A stretch of DNA of 64,000 nucleotides from a virus: positions 1 through 64,000 of IMG/VR virus record IMGVR_UViG_3300025168_000034; one strand, written 5' to 3'. Numbering within the stretch: position 1 is the first letter of the stretch; the number at the start of each line of letters is the position of its first letter. Under the pieces are notes generated by a model that was given only the letters and a program-made list of their open reading frames with translations, ran no database searches and was not told where the DNA came from. The translations under genes and the position numbers were made by a program. Below, piece by piece: positions 17,613 through 26,442 of this stretch.

Positions 17613-17822
17613 TTATACAGACTTTTCTACTACTCCCACAATCCTAGATACTCCTGCTGCAACTATCTCAAAGTCGTGTGTTCCGTCTTTTGATAAAGAT
17701 TCAGTCATCCTAGCTTCTGCTTCGGTTACTGACATAGCATCTACTAGATACCTTTCTGTCAACTTTTTTACTCCACCTTTTCCGTTGTCGGTAAGGATTT
17801 TAACTGTTACTGTAAAATACAT
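17613..17822 (-). CDS. DUF4494-like protein (Bacteroidota family)
   Basis: VKKLTERYLVDAMSVTEAEAR signature. Confidence 0.75.
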   Translation of the reverse strand: MYFTVTVKILTDNGKGGVKKLTERYLVDAMSVTEAEARMTESLSKDGTHDFEIVAAGVSRIVGVVEKSV

Positions 17823-17851
17823 ATATTTGGTTTTTGGTTTTTAATGTTAAA

Positions 17852-17931
17852 AAAAGGCAGAGGTGGGCTCCTTAGTCTTCGGCTGATGCCGGTCTTAGCC
17901 ATACTAGCGTCTGCGTTTTCACGTGCCTTTT
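17852..17931 (-). ncRNA. candidate structured RNA / terminator-like element
   Basis: GC-rich intergenic island closed by AAAAGGCA/TGCCTTTT plus a U-run; internal hairpins CGT-GAAA-ACG and CGGC-ATCA-GCCG. Confidence 0.35.
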
Positions 17932-17936
17932 ATTCT

Positions 17937-18185
17937 TTAGTGTACAATATAAATCATCTCTTGCCCTTTCTTCTCTCCATCAGTCCATGTGGCAATTCCA
18001 TGAGCTTTACGAACTCTCTGTAGAATATGTTTAGCATCTAATGCTGTAATATTCTTGAATGATAAAGTGTTTTGAATACACTTGCTCTTCTTAGGCTTCA
18101 TTTTTGGAGTCTCTTTTGTACCAACATTCACCGGAGTTACCTCTCTAAATATTGGTTGTTCTAAATGGACAGTTAATCTTGTCAT
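17937..18185 (-). CDS. hypothetical protein
   Basis: preceded by a class B site at 18207-18237. Confidence 0.6.
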   Translation of the reverse strand: MTRLTVHLEQPIFREVTPVNVGTKETPKMKPKKSKCIQNTLSFKNITALDAKHILQRVRKAHGIATWTDGEKKGQEMIYIVH

Positions 18186-18201
18186 ATCTTATTGTTTTAA
18201 T

Positions 18202-19110
18202 TTAGACTAATATACGCTCTTTATTTCGATATTGCAACACTGCAACCTCTTTTTTCTTACATTCAAACATAATATCTATGTCATGCCCATAAGCATCTAC
18301 ACTCTCGTAGATCATATCTGCATGAGCTTGAGCTTTAACAGAAGAGTCTTCGTTAAGTTTCCTAGATGAAGAATAATGCACTACTGGAGTAATATCTTTT
18401 GGCCATGTGCTAATAGCTAATTCCAAAGCTTGTTGATGAGTCATATCACCTGAGTGACATGTGTGGTGATGGTAATCGAATACTAATGGTATGCCACACT
18501 CCTCATGAGCTCTCATAAGATCGGCAATCGTATACATAGATTCTTTGTCGTCGTTCTCTAACGTAATACGTTTCTTTGTACCCTCGTCTAATCTGTGAAA
18601 GTTCTTGATCCATCTACCTAATGTGATATCCTTCTCACCGTATGTAGCACCTACATGTATGTTGATCTTGTTATATGGACTAGGCTCGAATCCCATAAGA
18701 TCGAATACTTCTGAGTGATGGTTAAGATCGTAAATTGTACGCTCTACTACTTCTGGTTTGATAGATCCTAGAATATTGAAAGGACCTGGATGAAAGGATA
18801 ATCGATGTCCATTCTTCTTAGCATAGTTACCTATAGCTTTTAACAACATACAAGCCTTGTCATATTGTGGTAAGTCAGAAAACTTATACTCACTACTCCA
18901 AGGAAAGATATCTGAACCTATCCTAAAAAACTTAAAGCCATTACGTTCGTTCCATTGAAGGATCTTGAAAAGATCTCTAAGATTTTGTAAGCCTAACTCG
19001 CCTACATATTCTAAGCCACCTTTCTGCCAAGTAGCTTTGCGACAAGTTCTACCTGAGTAGATTCCTTCCTTACGCAACTCCATATTGATACATGCATATC
19101 CGTACTCCAT
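18202..19110 (-). CDS. uvsE: UV-damage endonuclease UvsE/UVDE
   Basis: GYACIN, FFRIGSD, RLSFHPG, INIHVG, LENDD, FDYHHH, VHYSS, AHAD and DIMFECK motifs. Confidence 0.95.
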   Translation of the reverse strand: MEYGYACINMELRKEGIYSGRTCRKATWQKGGLEYVGELGLQNLRDLFKILQWNERNGFKFFRIGSDIFPWSSEYKFSDLPQYDKACMLLKAIGNYAKKNGHRLSFHPGPFNILGSIKPEVVERTIYDLNHHSEVFDLMGFEPSPYNKINIHVGATYGEKDITLGRWIKNFHRLDEGTKKRITLENDDKESMYTIADLMRAHEECGIPLVFDYHHHTCHSGDMTHQQALELAISTWPKDITPVVHYSSSRKLNEDSSVKAQAHADMIYESVDAYGHDIDIMFECKKKEVAVLQYRNKERILV

Positions 19111-19127
19111 AACTAATTAATTTTACT

Positions 19128-19158
19128 TAAATATCAGGAATTAATATCGATTATGCAA
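19128..19158 (-). promoter_or_regulatory. class B promoter-like site
   Basis: TTG-N20-GATATTTA upstream of uvsE. Confidence 0.6.
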
Positions 19159-19164
19159 CTTTTT

Positions 19165-19590
19165 TTACCATTTTCCTTGAGGACAGTAGTCGTGCAAGCT
19201 TCGTACTTTTGCGCTAAGATTACATCCACAATCTGTACATTTCATGCCTTGGATGTTTGCTGTACGATTATCAACTACTACAGAGTATATTCCTGTTTTT
19301 TGTGCTGAAGGGCATTGAGCACATATAGCTGCTCGCTTCATTGCCATCTCTTCTACTTCTTTGCTTGGGAAAGCTAGATTCTTAAATCCTGATACGATGT
19401 TTGCTAATACAATAGGTGGCTTATCCTTTCGTGGTATCTTGCTTTTGGTTATCAGTCGTTCTAGAAGGGATACAAGTACAGCAGGCCACAACACAACTAA
19501 CTTTAACCAGAAATACCATTTAGACTTTCTAGTCTTTTTGCTGAGATGTTGCTTCTCCCAATATACAATATATCCAAAAAACTTTTTCAA
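19165..19590 (-). CDS. TM plus Cys-rich zinc-binding protein
   Basis: RAAICAQC...CTDCGC...K...CPQGKW. Confidence 0.7.
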   Translation of the reverse strand: MKKFFGYIVYWEKQHLSKKTRKSKWYFWLKLVVLWPAVLVSLLERLITKSKIPRKDKPPIVLANIVSGFKNLAFPSKEVEEMAMKRAAICAQCPSAQKTGIYSVVVDNRTANIQGMKCTDCGCNLSAKVRSLHDYCPQGKW

Positions 19591-20231
19591 AACGAGTCTT
19601 TCAAGTCTTTAATCATCTGAAGCTTTTCTTCTTCAGTAAGAATATCCATAGTAGAGAGTGCATCTAAACTATCGTTATTTTCTAACAACTCTTCTGCCTT
19701 ATCTGGTGCTTCTGTTACATTCACCTTCAATTCTACTTTTCCTAGATTACCAACATTTACAAAATAGCAGTTATAACATAACACTTCTAAATTCTCTAAC
19801 CGCAAATCTTTTTTATTACCATTAGTTGTGTTTAATACTAAAGGTACTTTAAGATCGGTAGGACGTTTCTGGCAAAAGCCACAATTAGAACACTCTTCCG
19901 GAAAGTATCCATTTGCTATCAATCTAGCTAGTAGTTTCTGACGTGGGTAGTTTGGATGTTTACCTAATAAGATTTCATCAAGGCTTGTTCTTTTGCTAGA
20001 AGATCCTATTTTTGAAATACCTACACCTGACTTATTGTAGTGTGCATCAAAGAGTGTGATACCTTCCTTGTTCTTATATTGTTTAGCAAACTTGCGATAT
20101 AATGGATAGCTGACTCTCAAGTATTCTGCAGCTGCTTTGTTGGATCGAGTTACCTTCATTGCTTGCTCAATCTGACTTTGGAGCAGCATGGTAGTTCTCG
20201 CTTTTCGATTTCTTCTCTTTGACATAACCAA
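19587..20231 (-). CDS. HTH plus degenerate HNH-like protein
   Basis: SNKAAAEYLRVSY (HTH); CSNC...PLVLNTTNGNKKDLRLENLEVLCYNCY. Confidence 0.75.
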   Translation of the reverse strand: MVMSKRRNRKARTTMLLQSQIEQAMKVTRSNKAAAEYLRVSYPLYRKFAKQYKNKEGITLFDAHYNKSGVGISKIGSSSKRTSLDEILLGKHPNYPRQKLLARLIANGYFPEECSNCGFCQKRPTDLKVPLVLNTTNGNKKDLRLENLEVLCYNCYFVNVGNLGKVELKVNVTEAPDKAEELLENNDSLDALSTMDILTEEEKLQMIKDLKDSF

Positions 20232-20237
20232 TAAATT

Positions 20238-20723
20238 TTATAGCTTATCGAGTAGTTGTTTTACATTAGTGCATTTTTCATATTGCTCTACTCCAATATA
20301 GTATTTGAGTGCAGTCTTCAGTCCATCTTTCCATCCCGATCTTTCAGCTGTTAGATATGTGCTTGTACCATTCAACTCAAACAATCTCACTTCTGGTAAA
20401 TTCATATATAATCCTTCTTCCATAGCCTCTATTATTCTATCAAACACAAACCCACTCTTATCATCAAAAAAGTCCTTAGCTTCATCTTCGTCTAGGACTG
20501 GAATGTTTGGTATTTCTGAGTACTTAAAATCTGAGGATTGTTCTTTTGCAGACTTTATGTTGATTTCTACAGTATCATATAGATCAGCTAGATTCCATAT
20601 GATCTTGTCTCGTTCCTTTATGGTACTTGCTACTGATGAATGAACAATCTCTTTACCGTCTACAACATTAATACGATGTTGAGTGCCTTTGCTCGATTCT
20701 ACTACAGTTACAACTATCTTCAT
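20238..20723 (-). CDS. hypothetical protein with UVR-like C-terminal motif
   Basis: ALKYYIGVEQYEKC pattern. Confidence 0.65.
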   Translation of the reverse strand: MKIVVTVVESSKGTQHRINVVDGKEIVHSSVASTIKERDKIIWNLADLYDTVEINIKSAKEQSSDFKYSEIPNIPVLDEDEAKDFFDDKSGFVFDRIIEAMEEGLYMNLPEVRLFELNGTSTYLTAERSGWKDGLKTALKYYIGVEQYEKCTNVKQLLDKL

Positions 20724-20902
20724 GCTTATAAGTAGTTTCGTTATCGAGATATTGCGTAGATTTTGAGAAATTCTTTTAGTGGTAAGTGTTTAAGTTTGGC
20801 AAAGAATAAGGCAGCCTGATATCGATTTGGTGCTCCTATGTTTGCAATTGGTTGTTTTTCTTTATCTAGTCTTGAATAAAAGTAGTGTAAATTTTCCATA
20901 TG

Positions 20903-21142
20903 TTATCGTTTGATGTGTAATATACTAATTTTTTCTAAGAATTCCGACACTCCTATCGTTTGATTTTGATCTGTTTTAATTTGCAGAGTAGGTAATGCTT
21001 CAGGAGCCTTCTCTACTAAAGTCATCAATATTCTAAGACCAGTTCCAGGCCAAAAGTTTCCTAAAGATTCCTCACCCAATAAATTTGCTTCGTTGAGTGT
21101 GTCTGCTTCTGAATCGTTAGGCATTAGTATGTAGTATTGCAT
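20903..21142 (-). CDS. hypothetical protein
   Basis: coupled to the upstream glycosyltransferase. Confidence 0.6.
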   Translation of the reverse strand: MQYYILMPNDSEADTLNEANLLGEESLGNFWPGTGLRILMTLVEKAPEALPTLQIKTDQNQTIGVSEFLEKISILHIKR

Positions 21143-22428
21143 TAGTGTATAGTGTAAAGGTGTTCTTGTTTGATAGCTGGATTGTTTACAGAGATTTGTT
21201 CTTTAGACCTGTCTATTTTTTTATTTATGTATATTTTGAATGGTCCATATTCATAGACATCTTCATCATAATGTTCAACCATCTCCTGCATGTTCATTAA
21301 GAATGTGGCCTCATCTTCTGATTGTGATAACTTGTTAATATCAAACTCGATAAGAACATCGCTAACAATTCTATCTGCTGTGGAAGGCATTTTAACAAAA
21401 TCGTCAACACTCTCTTTATTGTATATGTATCCATACGTATGCCAATCTTCGTCTGAGATATTGAGTAGTTTGTTTGCAATGCTGTGTGCTTGTGAAAAGT
21501 TTTGATCAAATAGTTGATATGTTTCTGACTCTGTCGTATATATGGTATTGAAGAAAGACAGTATGCTAACAGTAAAGTTTGGGTTTGGATGTGTGCCTTT
21601 AATTTGAGCATCTATCTTGTAATAAGGTTTGGTTTCAGTTGTGTGTTCAAACTTTCCCCACTTTCTTTGAAATCTACACATCTCTATATAGTCAGCTTGA
21701 TTTTGAAGTTGTAAGCGTTCTTGTGCTTCTTTATTTTCTTTATTGAACCACTCAGGTCCTCTACTAGATGTGCATGTGAAATGATACACCAATGCTCTCC
21801 AGGTTTGTTTAATTTGCACTCCATTCCGTACAAGTCTGGTTAGGATATCTGTATCTTCTCGTGAGCGTCTAAACATAGTATCGTGACCACCAATCTCATT
21901 CCACACTGCTTTATACATTGTGAATGGTGCAAAGAAGTATTCTGTAAACCTATCCTCCTTCAAACTCTCAGCTAACTTTGTAAACTTATCTAACTCAAAC
22001 TTAGTAGGATCTAATCCAAAGTCGTGTGTGTGCTTTTCTCCTGAGCTTGGATGTAGTGGTGGTTCTATTCTAGTAGAACAAAGCACAGTGTTAGGTTCTA
22101 TAGCCTTCCACACCTCAACGTCATAGTTCTTGCATATCACCATATCAGATTGCAAATAGGAGACGCATGGATTACTAGCTTGCTCAAACATCTCATTGAT
22201 GTTTCTTGCATACCCATAGCAGATGGGTAGGTTATTTTTTAAGATCTTGAGATTAGGAAAATCAGCTTTTTGTTCTAATAACCATTCAAAAGTACCTTGA
22301 TTGTCGCTATCAATAAATACCAAAATCTCATGATCTGTGTGTGAGAGGTTTTGCTTTAGAGACTTGAATAATAACTTAGTGTGGTTAAGCTCATTGCGAG
22401 CTGTGTTTATGCAGAAGGTTATGTTCAT
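21142..22428 (-). CDS. glycosyltransferase, GT-A/GT2-like
   Basis: EILVFIDSD, YLQSDMV, GGHD...REDTD and VYHF motifs. Confidence 0.85.
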   Translation of the reverse strand: MNITFCINTARNELNHTKLLFKSLKQNLSHTDHEILVFIDSDNQGTFEWLLEQKADFPNLKILKNNLPICYGYARNINEMFEQASNPCVSYLQSDMVICKNYDVEVWKAIEPNTVLCSTRIEPPLHPSSGEKHTHDFGLDPTKFELDKFTKLAESLKEDRFTEYFFAPFTMYKAVWNEIGGHDTMFRRSREDTDILTRLVRNGVQIKQTWRALVYHFTCTSSRGPEWFNKENKEAQERLQLQNQADYIEMCRFQRKWGKFEHTTETKPYYKIDAQIKGTHPNPNFTVSILSFFNTIYTTESETYQLFDQNFSQAHSIANKLLNISDEDWHTYGYIYNKESVDDFVKMPSTADRIVSDVLIEFDINKLSQSEDEATFLMNMQEMVEHYDEDVYEYGPFKIYINKKIDRSKEQISVNNPAIKQEHLYTIH

Positions 22429-22429
22429 G

Positions 22430-23254
22430 TTATTTCATTTTATTATATACTTTTTTGATAGCATCTCTCATTGAGTGTGTCTTTACTGGAATATAAAAAT
22501 GATCTCCAACATAGCTTTTTGTTGTTTTATTTTTCTTAGGAGTGCCGACTTTATAGTCTGAAAGCTCATTGATCATTTCAAGAATATCGCTAAGCCAATA
22601 CTTTTCAAGGTAGACACAATCAATAGAGTTCATACGCCATTGTTTTGTAGGATATCTTGCAGTGGTCTTTTTTGTTTCAGTACGTTGCGCTTCTAAATGG
22701 TACCTAATGAGTGACACTAAATCTTCCATAAAAAAGAAATCCATCATCTTATCTTGATGCAATTCAAAATCCTTATGATCTATATATCGTTGGATATTGT
22801 TCTTAATGAATCTAGTATCCAACTCATTATGATCAAACACTCCCCAAAGTCTTAAATTTAAGTAGTTAGGATTGTGTTTCATCAAGTCGCTTATGATTGC
22901 CTTACTCAAACCATATGGATCTGTAGGGTTGTTCTTTCCAGCACCTGTTCCAAAATGTATTAATCTTGTGAAGCAATCTTTGTTTGCCATTAAATTGTAA
23001 TACATTTTTAAGTTGTCAACTAAAACACTATCGTCATCTTCCTTGAATCTACTACCTCCACTAACAGCTGTGTGTATTACACAATCAAACTTTATATTAA
23101 GCTCTGTGCATTTATTAAAGAATAAATCACACGCTTCTCTATCTCTAAGATCAAAGTTAACTCGATGTTGTGCTGTAACCTCAAAATCATCCTTCAAGTC
23201 TTTGTATAAACTACTCCCTATGTAGCCATTAGCTCCCGTGATTAATATTTTCAT
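22430..23254 (-). CDS. NAD-dependent nucleotide-sugar epimerase/reductase
   Basis: ITGANGYIG; YGLSK (YxxxK). Confidence 0.85.
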   Translation of the reverse strand: MKILITGANGYIGSSLYKDLKDDFEVTAQHRVNFDLRDREACDLFFNKCTELNIKFDCVIHTAVSGGSRFKEDDDSVLVDNLKMYYNLMANKDCFTRLIHFGTGAGKNNPTDPYGLSKAIISDLMKHNPNYLNLRLWGVFDHNELDTRFIKNNIQRYIDHKDFELHQDKMMDFFFMEDLVSLIRYHLEAQRTETKKTTARYPTKQWRMNSIDCVYLEKYWLSDILEMINELSDYKVGTPKKNKTTKSYVGDHFYIPVKTHSMRDAIKKVYNKMK

Positions 23255-23256
23255 GT

Positions 23257-23793
23257 TTATTTAGTTTTACAATAATCAGCAAACTCTACTAGGATAGTAT
23301 TTACACCGTCAGTACGGTTCAGTGCTTTTTCATAAGCAGGCACTATGTCTTCTGGTTCAATCAACTCCATTACTTCGGTATTGTTAGTCATTGATCTGAA
23401 GGCTTCAGAGAAGTTTCCTTTGTGTTGACATTGAGGGTCAACTGGATGCTCGCTACCAACAGCAACTCTTATTATAACTCTTGGTGTGAGTTTGCCATTT
23501 GACATCTGCGAGAACTTATCTAAGTGATTGACAATTTGATCAGTTCCCATTAATAAAAAGTTCCACCTTGGATATGTGGATATAGGAATCATACCCTCTA
23601 TCGCCATTCCGTTTGCTAATCCGGATTGAAGATACTCAGCTACTGGTAACTCTAACCTTCTTGATTGATCAATATGTTTTAGGGAATCAAACAATCCAGT
23701 TCCTTCGTATTCAACAGCTTGCCCTATAAACATAGTAGCAGGATGCTCAGCCAATAAACTCATTGCTTTTTGTATTTCTGTATAGTATTTCAT
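23257..23793 (-). CDS. TPP-dependent E1 beta-like subunit (pyrimidine-binding domain only)
   Basis: ELPVAE, GLANGMA, DQIVNHL, QH motifs; lacks the C-terminal transketolase domain. Confidence 0.85.
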   Translation of the reverse strand: MKYYTEIQKAMSLLAEHPATMFIGQAVEYEGTGLFDSLKHIDQSRRLELPVAEYLQSGLANGMAIEGMIPISTYPRWNFLLMGTDQIVNHLDKFSQMSNGKLTPRVIIRVAVGSEHPVDPQCQHKGNFSEAFRSMTNNTEVMELIEPEDIVPAYEKALNRTDGVNTILVEFADYCKTK

Positions 23794-23796
23794 AAA

Positions 23797-24426
23797 CTAA
23801 AATTGTACTCTTAATCCAGCACCTGCGTGTGGATATTTGTTGTTATCGTATTGGTAATATATTAAATTCTTTTGTTCAACAATTCCTCCTTCATATTCCT
23901 TTTCTAAGAAGTATGGAGTAGTTCGTTGCCAAATTTCTGGAGTAGGTGTGCATACAGACTTTTTATTATCTTCAATTATAAAAGTAATTGGAAGATCTTT
24001 ATTCAAAGAGTATTTGTAGGCTTCATGAAAATGTCCAGTCTCTGCACTCATGTCACCAACCCAACACCAAACTCTATTCTTTTTCTTTTGTAACTTTATA
24101 GCTAATGCTATGCCAGCTGCGATTGAAGGGATCCCACCAACAATCGAACTGCATATGAATTTATATTCCGGTAGATTGGCTACCATAGACTTGCCATCTC
24201 TAATATTAGATTCTAGCACTTCAGGCGGTATGCCTTTAAGTAGTCCTTGATAATGATTTCGCCAAGTACAACACACCCAATCGTTTTCAATATCTATTTT
24301 TTTGAATATCTCTAAGATTTGATCTTCATTACCGTGATAAAGATGTATGGGTGCAGAAATTTCACCACTATTAAAAGCATCTCCTATTCTTTTTTCAAAT
24401 GCTATTAGTTCCTTTTTGTCTATCAT
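23797..24426 (-). CDS. TPP-dependent E1 alpha-like subunit (short)
   Basis: PIHLYHGNE, TWRNHY, SIVGG; TPP motif GDM...EDN. Confidence 0.85.
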   Translation of the reverse strand: MIDKKELIAFEKRIGDAFNSGEISAPIHLYHGNEDQILEIFKKIDIENDWVCCTWRNHYQGLLKGIPPEVLESNIRDGKSMVANLPEYKFICSSIVGGIPSIAAGIALAIKLQKKKNRVWCWVGDMSAETGHFHEAYKYSLNKDLPITFIIEDNKKSVCTPTPEIWQRTTPYFLEKEYEGGIVEQKNLIYYQYDNNKYPHAGAGLRVQF

Positions 24427-24496
24427 ATCCTAACCTTATCTTTTGTTTTAATACCCTCACCGATTAAGGTGTCTATCGTATACTCTAAGCCTCTTT

Positions 24497-25459
24497 TTAC
24501 CATATAAACTTGTGTTTGTAATACTCTACTATACTCTTTATTTCCCATTTAAACAACTTTCTCGGCTTCCAACCGAGTGATCTAAGTTTAGAATCATCTA
24601 ACGAGTATCGCACATCTTGACCTGGTCTGCTGTAAGAGTAATCTATATATTTATTCTCCTTCTTTCCATCGGAAATATCAACACCCATAGAATCAAAAAC
24701 GCTACGTACTGTATCGAAGTTTGTTTGCTCAAACCCACCAGCTATATTATATATCTCACCAATCGTTCCTTTTTCAATCAATGCAATAACAGCTTCTGCT
24801 GTATCGTCTGCGTGTAACCAGTTCCTATAAGGCTTTCCATAATTATGTAGAGGCACTTTGCGACCGAGATTAGCTAGCTTGACAGTTTTAGGAATCAATT
24901 TCTCAACATACTGACCTATGCCATAGTTGTTGGTTGGTCTCAAAATCATATAAGGAATCTTGTGCGTACGACCCCAAGCTGTTATTAACATATCAGCAGC
25001 TGCTTTTGTGGCAGAGTATGGATTACTTGGTTTAAGAAGAGCGTCTTCTGTATGACTACCTTCATCAATATCACCATAAACCTCATCTGTACTAAAGTGT
25101 ATCAGTACTGGTTTCTTATCCTGCTCACCTCTATGATTCTTAATTAATTCTAAAAGGTTGTGTACTCCATCGATATTTGATTTTACAAACTCACTGCTAC
25201 TTGCTATGCTGTTACCAACATGTGTTTCAGCAGCTGTGTTGATTACATAATCACAATCATACAGAAAGTATAGGTCGTTTATATCACAATCTACAAATGA
25301 AAAGTTAGGATCTTTTTTAAACTCTTTAAGTATTGTTTTGTTTGCTGCGTAAGTCATCTTATCAACTCCCTTGACATACCATCCCTTCTCTAAACACTTA
25401 CGTGTAACATAAGATCCTATAAATCCTAAACATCCAGTTACGTATACTATTTTTTTCAT
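24497..25459 (-). CDS. rmlB: dTDP-glucose 4,6-dehydratase
   Basis: GCLGFIG, DKMTYA, AAETHV, STDEVYG, PYSATKAA, NNYG, RPGQDVRY. Confidence 0.9.
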   Translation of the reverse strand: MKKIVYVTGCLGFIGSYVTRKCLEKGWYVKGVDKMTYAANKTILKEFKKDPNFSFVDCDINDLYFLYDCDYVINTAAETHVGNSIASSSEFVKSNIDGVHNLLELIKNHRGEQDKKPVLIHFSTDEVYGDIDEGSHTEDALLKPSNPYSATKAAADMLITAWGRTHKIPYMILRPTNNYGIGQYVEKLIPKTVKLANLGRKVPLHNYGKPYRNWLHADDTAEAVIALIEKGTIGEIYNIAGGFEQTNFDTVRSVFDSMGVDISDGKKENKYIDYSYSRPGQDVRYSLDDSKLRSLGWKPRKLFKWEIKSIVEYYKHKFIW

Positions 25460-25461
25460 AA

Positions 25462-26442
25462 TTATCCTACTCTATATTTTTTTAACCAATACTCTATCAT
25501 TTCATCTAACATTGTTTCAAATGTATAGCTGTGTTTCCAACCCAACTCTTTCTCTGCTTTTGAGCAATCACCCTTTAAGAATCGTAACTCTTCTGATCTA
25601 TAATATTTCTCATCCTGAGTGACATGCTCATTCCAATCCAAATCTAATTTACCAAATACATACTCAACTAAATCTTTTACTGTGTGAGATACTCCAGTTG
25701 AGCATACAAAGTCGTCTGGATGGTTGTGTTGAAGCATTAGCCACATTGCATGCACATAATCCTTTGCATGTCCCCAATCTCTACTAGCATCCAAGTTTCC
25801 AAGTGCTAATTGGTTTGTTAATCCTAGTTTGATTCTAACGGCTTCCTTTACCACTTTGTTAGTTACAAAGTTTGTACCACGTCTTGGTGATTCGTGATTA
25901 AATAATATTCCGTTTGATATGAATAATCCGTAAGCATTTCTATAGTTTCTGCATATGTTATAACCAAACACCTTCGCACAACCGTATGGTGATACTGGAT
26001 TAAGAGGTGTTGTTTCTCTTTGATATCCATCATCATCTATATTGTTGCCAAACATCTCTGAACTACTAGCTTGATACATTTTTGCTTCTGGACATGTTAA
26101 GCGAATCGCTTCTAATAAGTTTAGTGTTCCCATTGCAATAGAATCTGTTGTATATATTGGTTGGTCAAAACTAATCTTTACATGCGATTGTGCAGCAAGG
26201 TTGTATATCTCATCAGGTTTACACTTCTGTAATACACGTATAAGTGATGACATATCTGTCATGTCGGCATACTCTAAGTTAATTTGTTTGAATAACTTGT
26301 CTGGAATACGAGCTGTTTGATTTTCTGATACAGAGTTGCGTTTTAGTATTCCCCACACCTCATAACCCTTCTCTACCAATAATTCTGTCAGATAGGATCC
26401 GTCTTGCCCATTAATTCCAGTTATTAACGCTACTTTACTCAT
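25462..26442 (-). CDS. gmd: GDP-mannose 4,6-dehydratase
   Basis: ITGINGQDGSYL, NLAAQSHV, YQASSSE, SPYGCAK, FNHESPRRG, RDWGHA. Confidence 0.95.
   Translation of the reverse strand: MSKVALITGINGQDGSYLTELLVEKGYEVWGILKRNSVSENQTARIPDKLFKQINLEYADMTDMSSLIRVLQKCKPDEIYNLAAQSHVKISFDQPIYTTDSIAMGTLNLLEAIRLTCPEAKMYQASSSEMFGNNIDDDGYQRETTPLNPVSPYGCAKVFGYNICRNYRNAYGLFISNGILFNHESPRRGTNFVTNKVVKEAVRIKLGLTNQLALGNLDASRDWGHAKDYVHAMWLMLQHNHPDDFVCSTGVSHTVKDLVEYVFGKLDLDWNEHVTQDEKYYRSEELRFLKGDCSKAEKELGWKHSYTFETMLDEMIEYWLKKYRVG

Noticed and set aside
17852-17931. tRNA or hammerhead ribozyme
   Set aside because: No TTCG-type T-loop in a cloverleaf context and no CCA; CTGATGC does not match the CUGAnGA core with a correctly placed GAAA.
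23257-24426. Pyruvate dehydrogenase as a central-metabolism auxiliary gene
   Set aside because: Both subunits are truncated, E2/E3 are absent and the genes are embedded among nucleotide-sugar genes.
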